Virus record (IMG/VR): IMGVR_UViG_2648501802_000002
Length of the DNA stretch: 64,000 bases
Reading direction: 5' to 3' (one strand)
DNA from: a virus
Taxonomy: Duplodnaviria > Heunggongvirae > Uroviricota > Caudoviricetes
The notes beneath the pieces are model-generated. The model worked only from the letters and a program-made list of their open reading frames with translations, was not told the origin of the DNA and did not search any database. The position numbers and the translations under genes were made by a program. Below are positions 28,726 through 38,702 of the stretch, piece by piece (positions within the stretch are counted from its first letter, which is position 1; every line of letters starts with the position of its first letter).

Positions 28726-30153
28726 CTACAACATCAAGAAGAATGTTGTTTTGCAGCTCTTCATTATCGTGGTGCCGAGTTCTCTTAAACCAAGGTATTG
28801 GATAACAGCAAGGACGCTTGTTTTGGACAGAATATCGCGACCGACTGACGTTAAGTCAGTCTGAGAAACAGTGTCTGTACCGGTAAAGTACGGCAGTTTA
28901 TTTGCGCCTGTAGCAAGACCAGCAAGCGCGGTTAAAGTTGCATCCAGAGGCTGTTTGCCTGCCAGCGCATTTGTCATTGTTGTCGCAAAGTTCGGGTCAT
29001 TACCAAGTGCTGCGGCAAGCTCATTCAGGGTATCAAGAGCTTCTGGTGATGAACCAACCAATGCGGATATGGCAGCTCTTACATAAGCAGTCGTAGCAAT
29101 CTGCGTATTATTTGTGCCCTGCGCAGCCGTAGGCGCAGTAGGGACTCCCGTTAATGCAGGGCTTGCCAAAGGCGCTTTGAGGGCTAGGGCATTGTTGATA
29201 GTTGTGCTGAAATTCGGGTCGTTATTGATCGCAGCAGCTATTTCTTTAAGCGTATCCAGTGTGCCAGGTGCACCGTTGATAAGTGCCGTTATAGCTGACT
29301 TAACAAAGGCTGTATTTGCGATCTGCGTGCTATTTGTACCTTGCGCTGCCGTCGGCGCGGTTGGCGTTCCTGTCAGACTCGGGCTTTCTATTGGCGCTTT
29401 GGTATCAGCAAGACCTTTTACAGACTTAACGGCTTTAGGGGTAGCCGCCATTGTTTCGCTGTCGCTGTTAGTTTCGCTACTGAGCTGAACTAATCCCTTT
29501 TGCGTTGTGCTTGCATCCTGTGCCGTATACTTGCTTTTCGCCAGATCGTAGGCTTTTTTAGCTGCCAGCGAACTTGCAGCAACATCACTTCTGCTACTGG
29601 TTACAGAGTCTGAAATATCAATGCCGATCGTGCGGTTAATACGCTCGGATGTATCAATCATCTCCTGGGTAATGGCTGATACGCCAGCAGGGATATTCAC
29701 CGTACAAACAAGCAGCTCTCCATCTCCTAACTGATATGAATCGGTATAGGTTCTGGCAACAAATTCAGCCGCATGAATATGTGACGCGGTATTAACCTGA
29801 TAGGTATCCTCTCCAAGGAGGTATCTTCCCTTCAGCACAATTGCATATTTCTTGCCTTCACTAAGTGCAAGAGAAATATCCTTACGGTGCCGAATAGTTA
29901 CCTGGTAGAATTCACCAATATCCACTGACGCAGCGCCAGCAGTTTTATCACCATCCACTGAGGTGATTAACAGGTTCATACCACCGCCAGGCTTCGGCAG
30001 GAAACCGGCATAAAACCCAGGATCAACAATTCCCCTGAATTTTCGGTTTAGCGCGGCTGACAGATATGGTTCGTGGTATTGCACATCAGCCACCAGAGCC
30101 AGTGACTCGGGCGATGGGTAAGTAACTGATGTAACAACTGTAACGTCATTCAT
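28726..30153 (-). CDS. Tail fibre protein, constant part (P1 S / lambda Stf middle-region-like)
   Basis: Start at ATG 30153 (MNDVTVV...); contains fibre repeats GTPTAPTAAQGTN.TQIANTAFV and ...TALAGLATGANKLPYF...GRDILSKTSV as in lambda Stf; frame ends 12 codons after the crossover site. Confidence 0.6.
   Translation of the reverse strand: MNDVTVVTSVTYPSPESLALVADVQYHEPYLSAALNRKFRGIVDPGFYAGFLPKPGGGMNLLITSVDGDKTAGAASVDIGEFYQVTIRHRKDISLALSEGKKYAIVLKGRYLLGEDTYQVNTASHIHAAEFVARTYTDSYQLGDGELLVCTVNIPAGVSAITQEMIDTSERINRTIGIDISDSVTSSRSDVAASSLAAKKAYDLAKSKYTAQDASTTQKGLVQLSSETNSDSETMAATPKAVKSVKGLADTKAPIESPSLTGTPTAPTAAQGTNSTQIANTAFVKSAITALINGAPGTLDTLKEIAAAINNDPNFSTTINNALALKAPLASPALTGVPTAPTAAQGTNNTQIATTAYVRAAISALVGSSPEALDTLNELAAALGNDPNFATTMTNALAGKQPLDATLTALAGLATGANKLPYFTGTDTVSQTDLTSVGRDILSKTSVLAVIQYLGLRELGTTIMKSCKTTFFLML
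28773..28798. other. Din-family DNA invertase crossover site (gix/cix/hix-like 26-bp dyad) inside tail fibre gene
   Basis: TTCTCTTAAACCAAGGTATTGGATAA: 12-bp inverted half-sites around a central AA; lies where the fibre constant region ends. Confidence 0.5.
28885..29420. repeat. Tandem repeats of about 180 bp within tail fibre gene; coordinates approximate
   Basis: Protein-level repeat (...PTAPTAAQGTN.TQIA.TA.V..AI.AL...P..LDTL.E.AAA..NDPNF.TT..NALA.K.P) occurs twice, with matching DNA repeats. Confidence 0.4.
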
Positions 30154-30164
30154 CAAGCATATCC

Positions 30165-30599
30165 TTATGCTATAGTCGTGTTGATGGCCATAACTGCGGT
30201 ATATGTTTTTCCCACATACAGCGAGTCTTCCTGAACACAAATAATTGCGATGGGCTTATTCTCGTTATCCAGAACAACCAGAGTGTTGAATGGATAGTTT
30301 TTCCCTTCCTGCAACTGGCTTTGATCAAGGTCCATTCGGACAGTAATTATCCCGCCAGAGTAGGTTGGGACGAGGTTGATGGTGCAAAATTGACTGGTCA
30401 GTTCTGCCAACTCGAAAGTCTTTGGCAGTTCTCCAATGTCATAAGTACCATCTTCATTTTTGGTAACCAGCGAACTGGTGCCGAAAACGGCCTTGCTGAT
30501 TAAAAATCGAGAGCCTTTGTTAATGGACGATTCAGCGCGTCGCTGATAGTAATAATCCAACAACTGACTCTTATAGAGATTTGTTGAGACGTCAGACAT
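30165..30599 (-). CDS. Tail fibre-associated protein (P1 R-like by position)
   Basis: 144-aa ORF immediately upstream of the fibre gene. Confidence 0.35.
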   Translation of the reverse strand: MSDVSTNLYKSQLLDYYYQRRAESSINKGSRFLISKAVFGTSSLVTKNEDGTYDIGELPKTFELAELTSQFCTINLVPTYSGGIITVRMDLDQSQLQEGKNYPFNTLVVLDNENKPIAIICVQEDSLYVGKTYTAVMAINTTIA

Positions 30600-30677
30600 G
30601 ATTTTCCCTAATCAATGTTGTGAAGCCTCATTGTAAGAGAAGTAACTTGTCACCCCGCCCTGCGGACGGGGTAATTG

Positions 30678-31517
30678 TCAGGCATCGCTATCCAGCAGCA
30701 AATCATCTGCGCGGGAGCGATCAAACGTAGGCGTTGCTTTCACAATAGTGCCGCCCGGCGTTGCAGTGATCGGGGCACTAATCGACGTAACTCCGGCAAG
30801 CGAAGTTGTATCCGAAGTTTCAAACCAGCAGTACGCTTTTTCGGTATCAGAAATCTCGTTCAAAGTGATCATGTCGGCCTGTTCATTTACAACAACCGAC
30901 AAATAGAGCGTAAGCCCATCAAACACTATATGCAGTGGCAGTAGAGGCTTTACGAACTGATTAAACTTTCTGAGAATTTCTTCTGTAATTGCGGACTGAT
31001 CTATCGTGCCAGTAATACCCATTGTCCTGGCCAGGTCGTTTATGGGAATACTGATCATCCCTCTGGAAGTCAGAAACATCTCGCCGAATGTGCCGCCAGT
31101 AGTCTCCAGTGTGCTTTCTGGTATTAGAACTGTGCCATAGGGATGACGCTCAAGGTCCACCGGTGCATATATCGGATCCCATAAAACAGAAATACCGTTA
31201 AATTCGCGGTAAATTGTCTGGTTTATAGGACGTTCAGTTCCCTTAAAGTGGATCTCATCAAGCCGCTGTTGTAACAACATCGGAACGGAAGATGAGTTCG
31301 AGGTTCTGATAGTAAAGAACTGGCCAAGTTCATTTGTCCTGGTCTCCAGATCCTCCTTGCTCATGGAGAAAATAGACTTCCGGTTGGTAATTCGCTCCAA
31401 CCATGGGTCAACAAAGGTGTCCATCATTGACTGAACCAAATCAGCCAATGATTTATAGAGCAATGACTTTTGCTTAGCTGATGTAAGCCGGTTATTAAAC
31501 CAGGAACGCTGCATCAC
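30678..31517 (-). CDS. Baseplate/tail structural protein
   Basis: 279-aa ORF in tail module, overlapping stop/start with upstream gene. Confidence 0.35.
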   Translation of the reverse strand: MMQRSWFNNRLTSAKQKSLLYKSLADLVQSMMDTFVDPWLERITNRKSIFSMSKEDLETRTNELGQFFTIRTSNSSSVPMLLQQRLDEIHFKGTERPINQTIYREFNGISVLWDPIYAPVDLERHPYGTVLIPESTLETTGGTFGEMFLTSRGMISIPINDLARTMGITGTIDQSAITEEILRKFNQFVKPLLPLHIVFDGLTLYLSVVVNEQADMITLNEISDTEKAYCWFETSDTTSLAGVTSISAPITATPGGTIVKATPTFDRSRADDLLLDSDA

Positions 31518-32947
31518 TCCTCCTCATACGAAATATTAAAGGTGGAGCTTTCTGTATCCAGATAAACGAAATCGTAAAAGCCGTTGGACTCATTCCACTC
31601 GACAAATTCCAGATAAAAGTCGCGGAAATAACCCAGCGTTTCGATAAACGCCCAAACGTCTTTTTTCTTAATCAGGATGTACTTTCCGACGCGGTTCGGA
31701 TCAAAGAAAGTTGAGTCGCGCCCAAATTTTGTTTCCAGTGCCGACTTCAGCTCATCGGTCACATTCTCAATGGTCAGGCTTGCCGATATCCGTCCGGTGA
31801 TGGTTATCTTAAATGGTAGTTTTCTGACCTCTTTATAAGAGAATTTCTTGTTCAGTTCATTCGGTACCTTCTTAAAGGCAGTCAGGATCATTTCTTCAAG
31901 CTCTGACTGGCTTTTATTTGGATGCCATCCTGAAATAAATATCTTATTGATATTCTGAACATTATAAGCACCATCTAATTTCTCTTGCTGGCCTTCGCCC
32001 CATGCCTTTACCCAGGACAGCCCCGGGATGTTACGAACCAGAAAATACGTATAGTCCCCGCCCCATACGACCTGATCATCATAGGCAAGGTAATATTGTG
32101 CACGGTTACGTGTGATCTCCGTTGTTTCAGCATCGGTACCTGCGGTTATAGGTGTCGTTGTCTTAACTGAAATCAAATTAGCTAAATCAGCCGCAGAATC
32201 GACAGGCGTCAGGTTTTGGCCAGCAACCAGGGTTATATCGCCGTTGGTGCACCATACCTTAAGCGTAATTGTCGAACCTTCTGGCGGTATTTGCCCAATT
32301 AGCCCATCGCCGAATCGAACCCCCAACTGCTCGGATGGTTTATAAAACTCAACGTAGACCTGGCTTTTACTACCGGCTAACCGGAACATAGTGCTGGAAG
32401 ACCACTGCGTGGTCTTCCCATCGGTTGTCACGAATACTTCCAGCTTATAGCAGACAGCAGTAAGAGCCTTTGATAACACGACTTCCAGAAATTCTTTGGC
32501 TGCCGTAACGGTATATGTCACCTCCTGGATTTCCAACTGTGCCACTTCTACCGTACCGGTGCCGTCAACCAACCTGCATACATCCATAGTCATGTAAGGG
32601 TACTGGTCGTCAGATATTAAAGGCATGTTTTTGGGGATTACCGCTGGGGCATCTTCACTTGTGGCGGTGATCTCAATCATCCCCGATGACGGTGTTGGCT
32701 TGGTACCAACATAACTGTTCGTTTCTGCCGCAGCCAGGATAGAGGAACGCCGCGTCGCGGTCGATATAAAGCCTTCAGCCAGCGCCGCATCGGCATACTG
32801 AAAGCACCTGTAGACAATCTGGGTAATAAACAATGTCAGCATCGAGACAAATTGAGAGCCGACAAACTTCGACCAGAATGAATCTTTCTCGACAAGCTCT
32901 TCAAACTCTGCACGAATACTGTCTTTAGTCGGTGTTGTTTTACTCAT
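31514..32947 (-). CDS. Baseplate protein (J-like)
   Basis: 477-aa ORF in tail module between sit-like and fibre genes. Confidence 0.4.
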   Translation of the reverse strand: MSKTTPTKDSIRAEFEELVEKDSFWSKFVGSQFVSMLTLFITQIVYRCFQYADAALAEGFISTATRRSSILAAAETNSYVGTKPTPSSGMIEITATSEDAPAVIPKNMPLISDDQYPYMTMDVCRLVDGTGTVEVAQLEIQEVTYTVTAAKEFLEVVLSKALTAVCYKLEVFVTTDGKTTQWSSSTMFRLAGSKSQVYVEFYKPSEQLGVRFGDGLIGQIPPEGSTITLKVWCTNGDITLVAGQNLTPVDSAADLANLISVKTTTPITAGTDAETTEITRNRAQYYLAYDDQVVWGGDYTYFLVRNIPGLSWVKAWGEGQQEKLDGAYNVQNINKIFISGWHPNKSQSELEEMILTAFKKVPNELNKKFSYKEVRKLPFKITITGRISASLTIENVTDELKSALETKFGRDSTFFDPNRVGKYILIKKKDVWAFIETLGYFRDFYLEFVEWNESNGFYDFVYLDTESSTFNISYEEE

Positions 32948-33303
32948 AGCACCACGTCCTGTGTGATAGTTATATCCCTGATACGAATGGATATTTTCAA
33001 CTTATCAAAAGCATCTCCCTCGGCTACTGACAAGCCAGAAATCGGTATGTCAGGTAAATCTACCGTCAGTTTTTGCAACAGCATTGCCTCAACCGCAATT
33101 TGAACATGCGACAAGTTGGTCGGTTCGTGTTTAAACTGCGGTAAAACATTGCCCCATGACGGATCTCCGTATACCTCACCCTGATAAGTGTTTAGCCACT
33201 CATATAAACGAGCGCCCCAGGCCTCCTCCTGGGACTCATACGTTTTTACGCCGGATAACTCCAGCGTCAGCAAAGGATCAATTTCGTTATTGTTGGCCAT
33301 CAA
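32944..33303 (-). CDS. Small baseplate-associated protein
   Basis: 119-aa ORF translationally coupled between sit-like and baseplate genes. Confidence 0.35.
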   Translation of the reverse strand: MMANNNEIDPLLTLELSGVKTYESQEEAWGARLYEWLNTYQGEVYGDPSWGNVLPQFKHEPTNLSHVQIAVEAMLLQKLTVDLPDIPISGLSVAEGDAFDKLKISIRIRDITITQDVVL

Positions 33304-36300
33304 TCAACTCTCGCGTAGTCATTCATCAACGGATCATCAATTGACAGTGGCACCGTGCGCATAACGCCCGGTTGAGGCGTGCTGACCTTTACGACAGTTC
33401 CCTGGCCTTTCGCCGAGTCTTTAGTGTGCTCTTCAATCCTGGCAAGCAATGAGGTCATCTGCGCAAACAGCCGCTTCGTTTCACCATCAAGTGAAACGGT
33501 ATTATCAGCCAACTGCATTGTCGGCTTGGCACCAGAGCCGCCAAGGTCACTAATAACCTGTCCGTCTATCTGCATACGACCGGTTGGTTGCTGCAAATCG
33601 TTGGCGGCAGTCGTCACCTGGGACGTGGAGGCTGGTTGAGGAGAGTTATTTGAGCGCATTCCCCGGGCATTAATGAGTTTGTCATACAGCCCATCAATCC
33701 CCATTTGTGCACCGAGTTGGTCAAAGTAACTTGAGTTGTTTGCTACCGGACGTGCCTCTTCAACTGGCATAGGTGTATCAACATACACATTGCCAGCAGC
33801 CGTTGCGGTTCCCCTTCCTCGTGCACGTTCTTCGAGGGTTCCCTGAACGACTTCCCGACGCATCCCCCGACCATTCATGAATTTGTTGACCAGATCGTTA
33901 ACGCCAACAGCATTACCGATTTTGTCTACCAAACCGCCTTTCTCAAACGGGCTATCACCAGGGGTAAACGCCAGACCAGTAGACTGATCGATAACGGCGT
34001 TATCAGGCAGTGGTCCCCTCACTCCATATTGCGCCCCACCCTGTGCTCCTGCTCCAGGTGTATAGATTTCACCACCTAAATAGCGAGCACGATGAGTATT
34101 GACCTTGATCGCGTACTCACGGTTTTCTTTCGATAAGTCACCTGTGCCTTTTTTCCACTTATTGATAGTGCCAAACCCAGCATTATATGCAGTGATGGCC
34201 TCGTTTAAGTCTCCATTGGCTTGCTTCAGATACTTGCTCATGAGAAGAGCCGCAGCTTCTGCCGATTTCACAGGATCAAATGCATCCTGTTCCGATATCC
34301 CTGTCTCTTTACGAGCAATACTCGTGAACTGGAACATCCCGAGTGCGCCACCACTTAACTTTCCATCTGGTGATCTTGTAAGCGGAGACTTTGCGTTAGG
34401 ATCCCCTCCTGATTCAGTTGCCGCAATCGAGTAAAGAGTGCCTTCAGGAAGGCCATATTTATTCTCTAGTTCAGCAAAATACGGAGCCAGCTTATCCAGA
34501 TTTGCCTTACCTTCAGCGCCAAGGCTTCCGACTTTTACATCTAAGTTGCCATTGTTGTAGGTATCCGCAGCTTTCTGAATGTCATTCCTAGTGCCAGTAG
34601 TATTAAGCGACGATGATGATGAGCTATTTTGACCAATAGCATTATCAATTTTCTGCAACGCTCGATTGCCCGTTTCTACGGCATTTGCATTGATAATCTG
34701 ATTGGCAGTTTCTTTAACTGTTTTATTGCTATCTTTCGCCGTCTCTAGGGATGCATTTACAACACGAGTGACAATATTAGCCTTTTTAGGGGTATATTCA
34801 GTCTTAGGAGCATTGTCCTCCTGACTTTCTTTAGCTGGTGTTTTTAATTCAGGTGTAACCTCTTTCGCATCCGCTTTGTTGACTAGCTTTGATGCAACCC
34901 AGGCCACAGGGGTGCTCTGAACAGCGGCATCGGCAACCTTACCAGGAAGCTCTTTTGCGGCATTCCATAGATTACTACCAGCCTCTTTAATGTATTTTCC
35001 CGGGTTCTTAATGAAATCAATTGCACTATCAATTGCATCACTGAAAACCTTTTTCAGGTTATCGACAGTAAAGAAGTCTTTGATGGCGTCTAATTTTTCG
35101 TTCAGACTCTTGGTTGTGTCACTGAACCAGGCTGAAATAGCATCGCCAATCTTGGCTGTGTAATCGTTGAATGTTGTGGATATGGTGTCACCAAGGTTAG
35201 AAATATATGTTTCTAAATTGGTAATCCCACTATCAATGGCCTGGGCAATACTTTCCGTCGAAAATGATTGCAACATATTGCCGATATCCTCAAATCCAAG
35301 TGATTTGAGAACGCCACCAATGGCATTGCTAATACCAGATACCAGTCCTCCCATATCGAGAACGTTAGCCAGTGTATAAGCCGCTTTTTGCTGAAAAGAT
35401 GGATCTTCCCCATCCTTAAGCCCAAAGGTCCGACGTTGTGCTTCTGTATCATTCCAACCGGTTACCGCATCATAGATACCTCCAGCCACCGTGCCGACTA
35501 GCGGAATTGCGCGTAAAGCCCCCTTTGCAAAAGCCTTAACACCTAGTTTCTCCAATCCCTTAGTTGCAAGTTTTCCGGCACCGCGAGTAGCCAATTCGCC
35601 AGCTTCTTTGGCAGCAGCTTTTTTCCCACCAAAGCCCAATAAGCTTGCAACTTTTTTTATACCTAAAGCGCCTAGTGCCATCGAGCCAACTTTCTTTAGT
35701 GCCCCACGGCAAAAAATAAGGGAAGCAATACCACCGGCCCCCTTCCCTAACAGGCTAAATAATTTGGACAGCAAGCCGCCCTTCTTTTTCCCGGTGTTTT
35801 TGGCTATCTGATCAAGGGCGCTGAGAATCTTGTCATTGCCCTCTTTAATTTCGCTGGTCTGATCCTGAAGTTCCTGAACCGTCCGTTTTTGGGTGTTAAC
35901 CTGAACGACATCGGCACTACTTTGCGATTTACGCCTAAAAAAACCTTTTCTACGGCTGTTATCGTCATTGCCACGAATCACATCGGCAATTGACTTTCTG
36001 GCACCATTAAGCGAACCGCCAACTTCTTTTGATATTCCGCCAAGCTCCTTTCCTGCTGCCCACAATGGACCAGCAACGGCATAACCTAAAGCATCGACGG
36101 CACGAGTCTCTGAAGGGTTACCTATGCCTTCAGCTACTTTTGACAGTTTTTTTAATAAACCCGATTCAGCATTTAGACGCTCATCATCCTCTTTGCGCCT
36201 AGCTTTTTCAGCACGTTCAGCACGGGCATCTTCCGCTGCGGCCTTACTCCCTGACTTCCCAATAAAACGACCACGCGCATCGCGTTGGTTTTGGCTTTTT

Positions 36301-36728
36301 TGCGCACCGCCTTTTTGACCGAACATTTCGCGAGCGTGTTCGGCTGCTTCGGTCCGTTGTGCCTTTACATCCTCTGGTATAGCCTTCCTGCGTCGTTTTT
36401 TACCCTTTGGTGTGGTTGATTTGGCCCGCTGTTCCTGTTGAGCAACATCTTCCTGAACTACACGAGAAACGTCCCCTAAGTTAAGCCGTTTCATTGCCTC
36501 AACAATAGGGTCCACTGATGGCGCATTGGCCACAAAGTCTGGCCGTGAATTTTCGATTGTGCGATTTAATGCCGACACACTGCGAGAGACAGGATCAACA
36601 GTTGCAACGCGCCCCCCTTTCAAATCTTCAACAGCTTCCCGGATACCTGCAAGCTCTTCCAGCTCTTTTGCGCTGGCGGTTTCAACTGTCCTTATAACAT
36701 CGTCAATGTTGGCGTTTTTTCGTTCCAT
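33300..36728 (-). CDS. sit: Sit-like tape-measure/injection protein with soluble lytic transglycosylase domain
   Basis: 1142-aa ORF; Gly/Ala/Lys-rich repetitive centre; SLT motifs ATESGGDPNAKSP...GALGMFQF...AYNAG; size matches recollection of P1 Sit. Confidence 0.6.
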   Translation of the reverse strand: MERKNANIDDVIRTVETASAKELEELAGIREAVEDLKGGRVATVDPVSRSVSALNRTIENSRPDFVANAPSVDPIVEAMKRLNLGDVSRVVQEDVAQQEQRAKSTTPKGKKRRRKAIPEDVKAQRTEAAEHAREMFGQKGGAQKSQNQRDARGRFIGKSGSKAAAEDARAERAEKARRKEDDERLNAESGLLKKLSKVAEGIGNPSETRAVDALGYAVAGPLWAAGKELGGISKEVGGSLNGARKSIADVIRGNDDNSRRKGFFRRKSQSSADVVQVNTQKRTVQELQDQTSEIKEGNDKILSALDQIAKNTGKKKGGLLSKLFSLLGKGAGGIASLIFCRGALKKVGSMALGALGIKKVASLLGFGGKKAAAKEAGELATRGAGKLATKGLEKLGVKAFAKGALRAIPLVGTVAGGIYDAVTGWNDTEAQRRTFGLKDGEDPSFQQKAAYTLANVLDMGGLVSGISNAIGGVLKSLGFEDIGNMLQSFSTESIAQAIDSGITNLETYISNLGDTISTTFNDYTAKIGDAISAWFSDTTKSLNEKLDAIKDFFTVDNLKKVFSDAIDSAIDFIKNPGKYIKEAGSNLWNAAKELPGKVADAAVQSTPVAWVASKLVNKADAKEVTPELKTPAKESQEDNAPKTEYTPKKANIVTRVVNASLETAKDSNKTVKETANQIINANAVETGNRALQKIDNAIGQNSSSSSSLNTTGTRNDIQKAADTYNNGNLDVKVGSLGAEGKANLDKLAPYFAELENKYGLPEGTLYSIAATESGGDPNAKSPLTRSPDGKLSGGALGMFQFTSIARKETGISEQDAFDPVKSAEAAALLMSKYLKQANGDLNEAITAYNAGFGTINKWKKGTGDLSKENREYAIKVNTHRARYLGGEIYTPGAGAQGGAQYGVRGPLPDNAVIDQSTGLAFTPGDSPFEKGGLVDKIGNAVGVNDLVNKFMNGRGMRREVVQGTLEERARGRGTATAAGNVYVDTPMPVEEARPVANNSSYFDQLGAQMGIDGLYDKLINARGMRSNNSPQPASTSQVTTAANDLQQPTGRMQIDGQVISDLGGSGAKPTMQLADNTVSLDGETKRLFAQMTSLLARIEEHTKDSAKGQGTVVKVSTPQPGVMRTVPLSIDDPLMNDYARVD

Positions 36729-36809
36729 GATCTTATCGCCTACCGTTTCGGTTTAAGTTTTTCTTCCAGTTTCTCCAACAGGAAAAACGCATAGGATTCA
36801 GTAAGCCTT

Positions 36810-37550
36810 TCAGCGTCCTGAATCGGTATACCCCCATACAAAACCAGGTTGGACACTAAGGTCTGATAGCTTTTCAATCCCCACCTGTGGAATGAAGTCG
36901 GTAGCCCGAAAGGGCACCCACAGACGGGTATATGCACCCTCTGTGGACTCCTTTTTATCCTGATTTGGGCATTTATGCGGCGGGAGACGAAGACGCATTT
37001 CACCTTTATCGATGTAGCACGGCAAACCATGTTCGAGCTTTTCATGAGCCAGTCGGATGTGTGCCGCCAGCTTCATAAATTCAGTATCAATGGCCATCCG
37101 TTTAATCGTTTCATAACGACGCTCAGCCTGATCTTCACGAGTACCGCTAACATCGTTATAAAGCTCACACTGATAAGCGAATTCCCAAAAACGCAAATCA
37201 ACGATCGCTTCTTTGAATTCCGCGTCGTCTTCAGGTGGCAATGCTGCACGGCGCATCTCCAGCATTTCCATTGCCCAACCATCAAGCGGCACGATACGCC
37301 ATTGATAAGGCACTCCCTCTACAGACACCTCAATATCGTCAATGAACGGTTCCGCTTCCAGGACCTGGATATCTTCAGCCAGGGCATTCATATCGCAATC
37401 GTAATAATGCTCTTTACCGCAATGTTTACAGGTGTAGGTGAATGTCTCGACCGGTGTTTCACGGGAGCCGGTAAATATCCACCATAACGCGGTAATCCGG
37501 TCCTGCGCCGTCCATGTCAGGGGATCATGTTTCGCGGGTTCAGCCAGCAA
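36810..37550 (-). CDS. Hypothetical protein at the lambda/P1-like junction; no ATG start as sequenced
   Basis: 246-aa ORF begins at TTG directly after the truncated stf stop; contains CKHCGKEHYYDC; may be 5'-truncated. Confidence 0.3.
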   Translation of the reverse strand: MLAEPAKHDPLTWTAQDRITALWWIFTGSRETPVETFTYTCKHCGKEHYYDCDMNALAEDIQVLEAEPFIDDIEVSVEGVPYQWRIVPLDGWAMEMLEMRRAALPPEDDAEFKEAIVDLRFWEFAYQCELYNDVSGTREDQAERRYETIKRMAIDTEFMKLAAHIRLAHEKLEHGLPCYIDKGEMRLRLPPHKCPNQDKKESTEGAYTRLWVPFRATDFIPQVGIEKLSDLSVQPGFVWGYTDSGR

Positions 37551-37555
37551 GGCTT

Positions 37556-38036
37556 TTAAATACGCGCTGCCGCCTGTGCGCTGTTAGCTGCATTCGTTTC
37601 TGAGGTTTTCGCCGCGTTCTTTCGATGATGCCGCTGCAGTTTCGGATTTCTTTGCCGCCGCTGCGCTCTGAGAGGCGGCTTCAGCGTTGCGTGCCGCTTC
37701 TTCCACCATTTCCTCAAAACGACGCAATGCCTCCGGCATGACATCATCTTCCGTCATGGCACCGAGAAAATCATTCAGCGTACCTGGTCTGGAACCTTCA
37801 TAGACGGTAATGGTCCCGGCATGTGAAGGCGGAAAACCTTCAACCAGCAGGGTGACGCTGTACTGACCATACTCAACATCCATGCTGTAACGCCCGGCTT
37901 CATCCGGATTTTCAGAGGCCACCGTGTTCACCAGTACCGTGGTGCTGTTACGCTTTGCCTTCAGTTGAATAGTGCAGTTCTGTATTGGTTTTCCCGCACC
38001 ATCTTTCAGCACACCTGAGATTTTTACTGCTGCCAT
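37556..38036 (-). pseudogene. stf: Side tail fibre stf, N-terminal fragment only, truncated and frameshifted
   Basis: MAAVKISGVLKDGAGKPIQNCTIQLKAKRNSTTVLVNTVASENPDEAGRYSMDVEYGQYSV... matches lambda Stf N-terminus; frame breaks after ...AAASSKE and an alternative frame ends ...KTSETNAANSAQAAARI-stop at 37556. Confidence 0.6.
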
Positions 38037-38046
38037 ATCCACTCCA

Positions 38047-38073
38047 CAAAAAAGCCGCCTGAACCGGCGGGCT
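38047..38073 (-). terminator. Candidate intrinsic terminator after lom
   Basis: Minus-strand hairpin CCGCC-GGTTCAG-GCGG followed by CTTTTTTGTGG. Confidence 0.35.
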
Positions 38074-38099
38074 GTCATAACACTGTGTTACCTGGCTAA

Positions 38100-38700
38100 T
38101 CAGAACTTATAACCGACACCACCGATGAAACCGTCAGTGCGCCAGTCGCCACTGCCGGAGCCTTCATAAGCAATATCAATGGCCACGGATTCGGTCGGGT
38201 TAAACTGCACGCCAGCTCCCCACGCCAGAGACGTGTTGCTGTGGCGATCGTCATCACTTCCGGTCAGCACATCGTGCGTTTTCCCCTTGTTGTCAGTTAC
38301 GCGGAGATAATCCCCGGAGAACGTCGAAACACGGCTGTAAGCCACACCTGCCATCGCATAAGCACTGAACCATTCATTCACGCGTACAGATGGCCCCGCC
38401 ATCATGCTGAACCAGCGGTTACGCACTGAATCTTCATGCCAGCGGGTATCGCTGTAATGCGTTTTTTGCTCATCTTTGGCATTGGCATAACTGAATGACG
38501 TCACCAGCCCCAGCGTGTCCGTAAATTCATAACGGTATTTCACGTTAATGCCCTTCAGGTCATCACTGCCTGGCATATCAGTATGGGCCCTGAAGATACC
38601 CGGCGCTTAGTGTGGACTGATGCTCTGCTGCGCTCGCTGGCGTACCAGCGGCAACCAGCCAGACTACTGCGGACAGAATAACAGCACATAATTTACGCAT
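38100..38700 (-). pseudogene. lom: Lom outer-membrane protein gene, frameshifted after the signal peptide
   Basis: ATG at 38700 gives MRKLCAVILSAVVWLVAAGTPASAAEHQSTLSAGYLQGPY-stop (38578-38580); remainder MPGSDDLKGINVKYRYEFTDTLG... in another frame matches lambda Lom; break at a G3 run. Confidence 0.75.
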
Positions 38701-38702
38701 AA

